This document shows, piece after piece, positions 54,333 through 54,724 of a DNA stretch of 54,724 nt (position 1 is the stretch's first letter; each line of letters starts with the position of its first letter). The stretch lies in NCBI GenBank assembly GCA_964651015.1, contig CAZYYS010000001.1, positions 1 through 54,724 of the forward strand, read 5' to 3'. Both the position numbers and the translations under genes were made by a program. The stretch comes from an uncultured Verrucomicrobiota bacterium (GTDB lineage: Bacteria > Verrucomicrobiota > Verrucomicrobiia > Limisphaerales > PALSA-1396). The notes under the pieces were generated by a model, which had not been told where the DNA came from, searched no databases, and saw only the letters and a program-made list of their open reading frames with translations.

Positions 54333-54724
54333 ATGAAACGCAAAGGCGATCATCGCCGCCGACCTGCTTCGGCAATGGTCTTCGGGGTTGGTTCTTATGC
54401 CCACAGCATCGCCCAGATTTTAAGGGATGACGGAGCCGCAGTTTCGACGTATTTGACTCGAAATTATGGGCATTACCCGCCCTCTCTAGCCGGTCAGGTT
54501 CACACCCGGGAATCCTTTCCCGACCCATGCCCACTCCTCAAACGCGAGCGAGTTGATGTCGTTCTGCCCATGTCCATTGATTGGGCACAAGCGCCGTGGG
54601 CGGACGACCTCATTCGCTCCAAAGTTCCCATCTTCAGCCCCACGGGCGAGGCGATGATGATCGAACGGGATCGCGACTTCGCGCGCAGACTCTGCGCGGA
54701 GTTTGGGATTCCATGTCCCAAGGC
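54333..54724 (+). CDS. ATP-grasp enzyme, PurD-like N-terminal region (partial, runs off the window)
   Basis: GGGAGGGG lies 7 nt upstream of the ATG. MVFGVGSYAHSIAQIL resembles the PurD N-terminal glycine-rich start. PIFSPTGEAMMIERDRDFARRLCAEFGIP resembles the PurD GP..AA.LE.SK.F.K.....IP block. The frame is open to the window end. Confidence 0.5.
   Translation, partial: MKRKGDHRRRPASAMVFGVGSYAHSIAQILRDDGAAVSTYLTRNYGHYPPSLAGQVHTRESFPDPCPLLKRERVDVVLPMSIDWAQAPWADDLIRSKVPIFSPTGEAMMIERDRDFARRLCAEFGIPCPK

Overview
This is a chromosomal segment that looks like Verrucomicrobiota or another member of the PVC superphylum. The lineage call is an inference from three signals: Pirellula/Verrucomicrobium-type heme-binding and dehydrogenase-domain proteins, giant ECF sigma fusions, and weak Shine-Dalgarno usage.

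The backbone is housekeeping:
- pyruvate carboxylase
- a complete F1Fo ATP synthase operon (atpBEFHAGDC) on the minus strand
- secA
- system II cytochrome c biogenesis genes (resB/ccsA)
- rho
- a UvrD-family helicase
- an MsbA-like ABC exporter

Three accessory-like regions are embedded in it:
1. A metal-homeostasis island at about 16.0-27.3 kb. It holds a CzcC/adaptor/CzcA-type RND efflux operon interrupted by a yqhA (UPF0114) gene, a secreted protein with a Cys-rich tail, and a convergent outer-membrane barrel-ZnuA-ZnuB uptake operon with no ATPase gene. Each operon is headed by one of two paralogous small Cys/His proteins of unknown function.
2. Three tandem ECF sigma factors at 41.1-47.1 kb. 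Each is fused through transmembrane segments to a different C-terminal domain. A decayed RAYT/IS200-like transposase remnant with REP-like inverted repeats lies between the first two.
3. A single 723-aa ORF fusing LMW phosphatase, RpiB and serine hydroxymethyltransferase.

Non-genic signals I consider most worth follow-up:
- A family of 72-85 bp palindromic elements occurs in three copies. One copy is read in-frame inside the ABC exporter gene, resembling Rickettsia RPE elements.
- Two heptanucleotide tandem repeats lie inside coding regions. One sits at the czcA stop, where gain of one unit would fuse CzcA in frame to the downstream gene. The other sits inside uvrD.
- Related GTGAAG/CTTCAC palindromes lie upstream of both metal operons.

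I saw no rRNA, tRNA or CRISPR array. All functional calls rest on motif recognition by eye and no searches were run.
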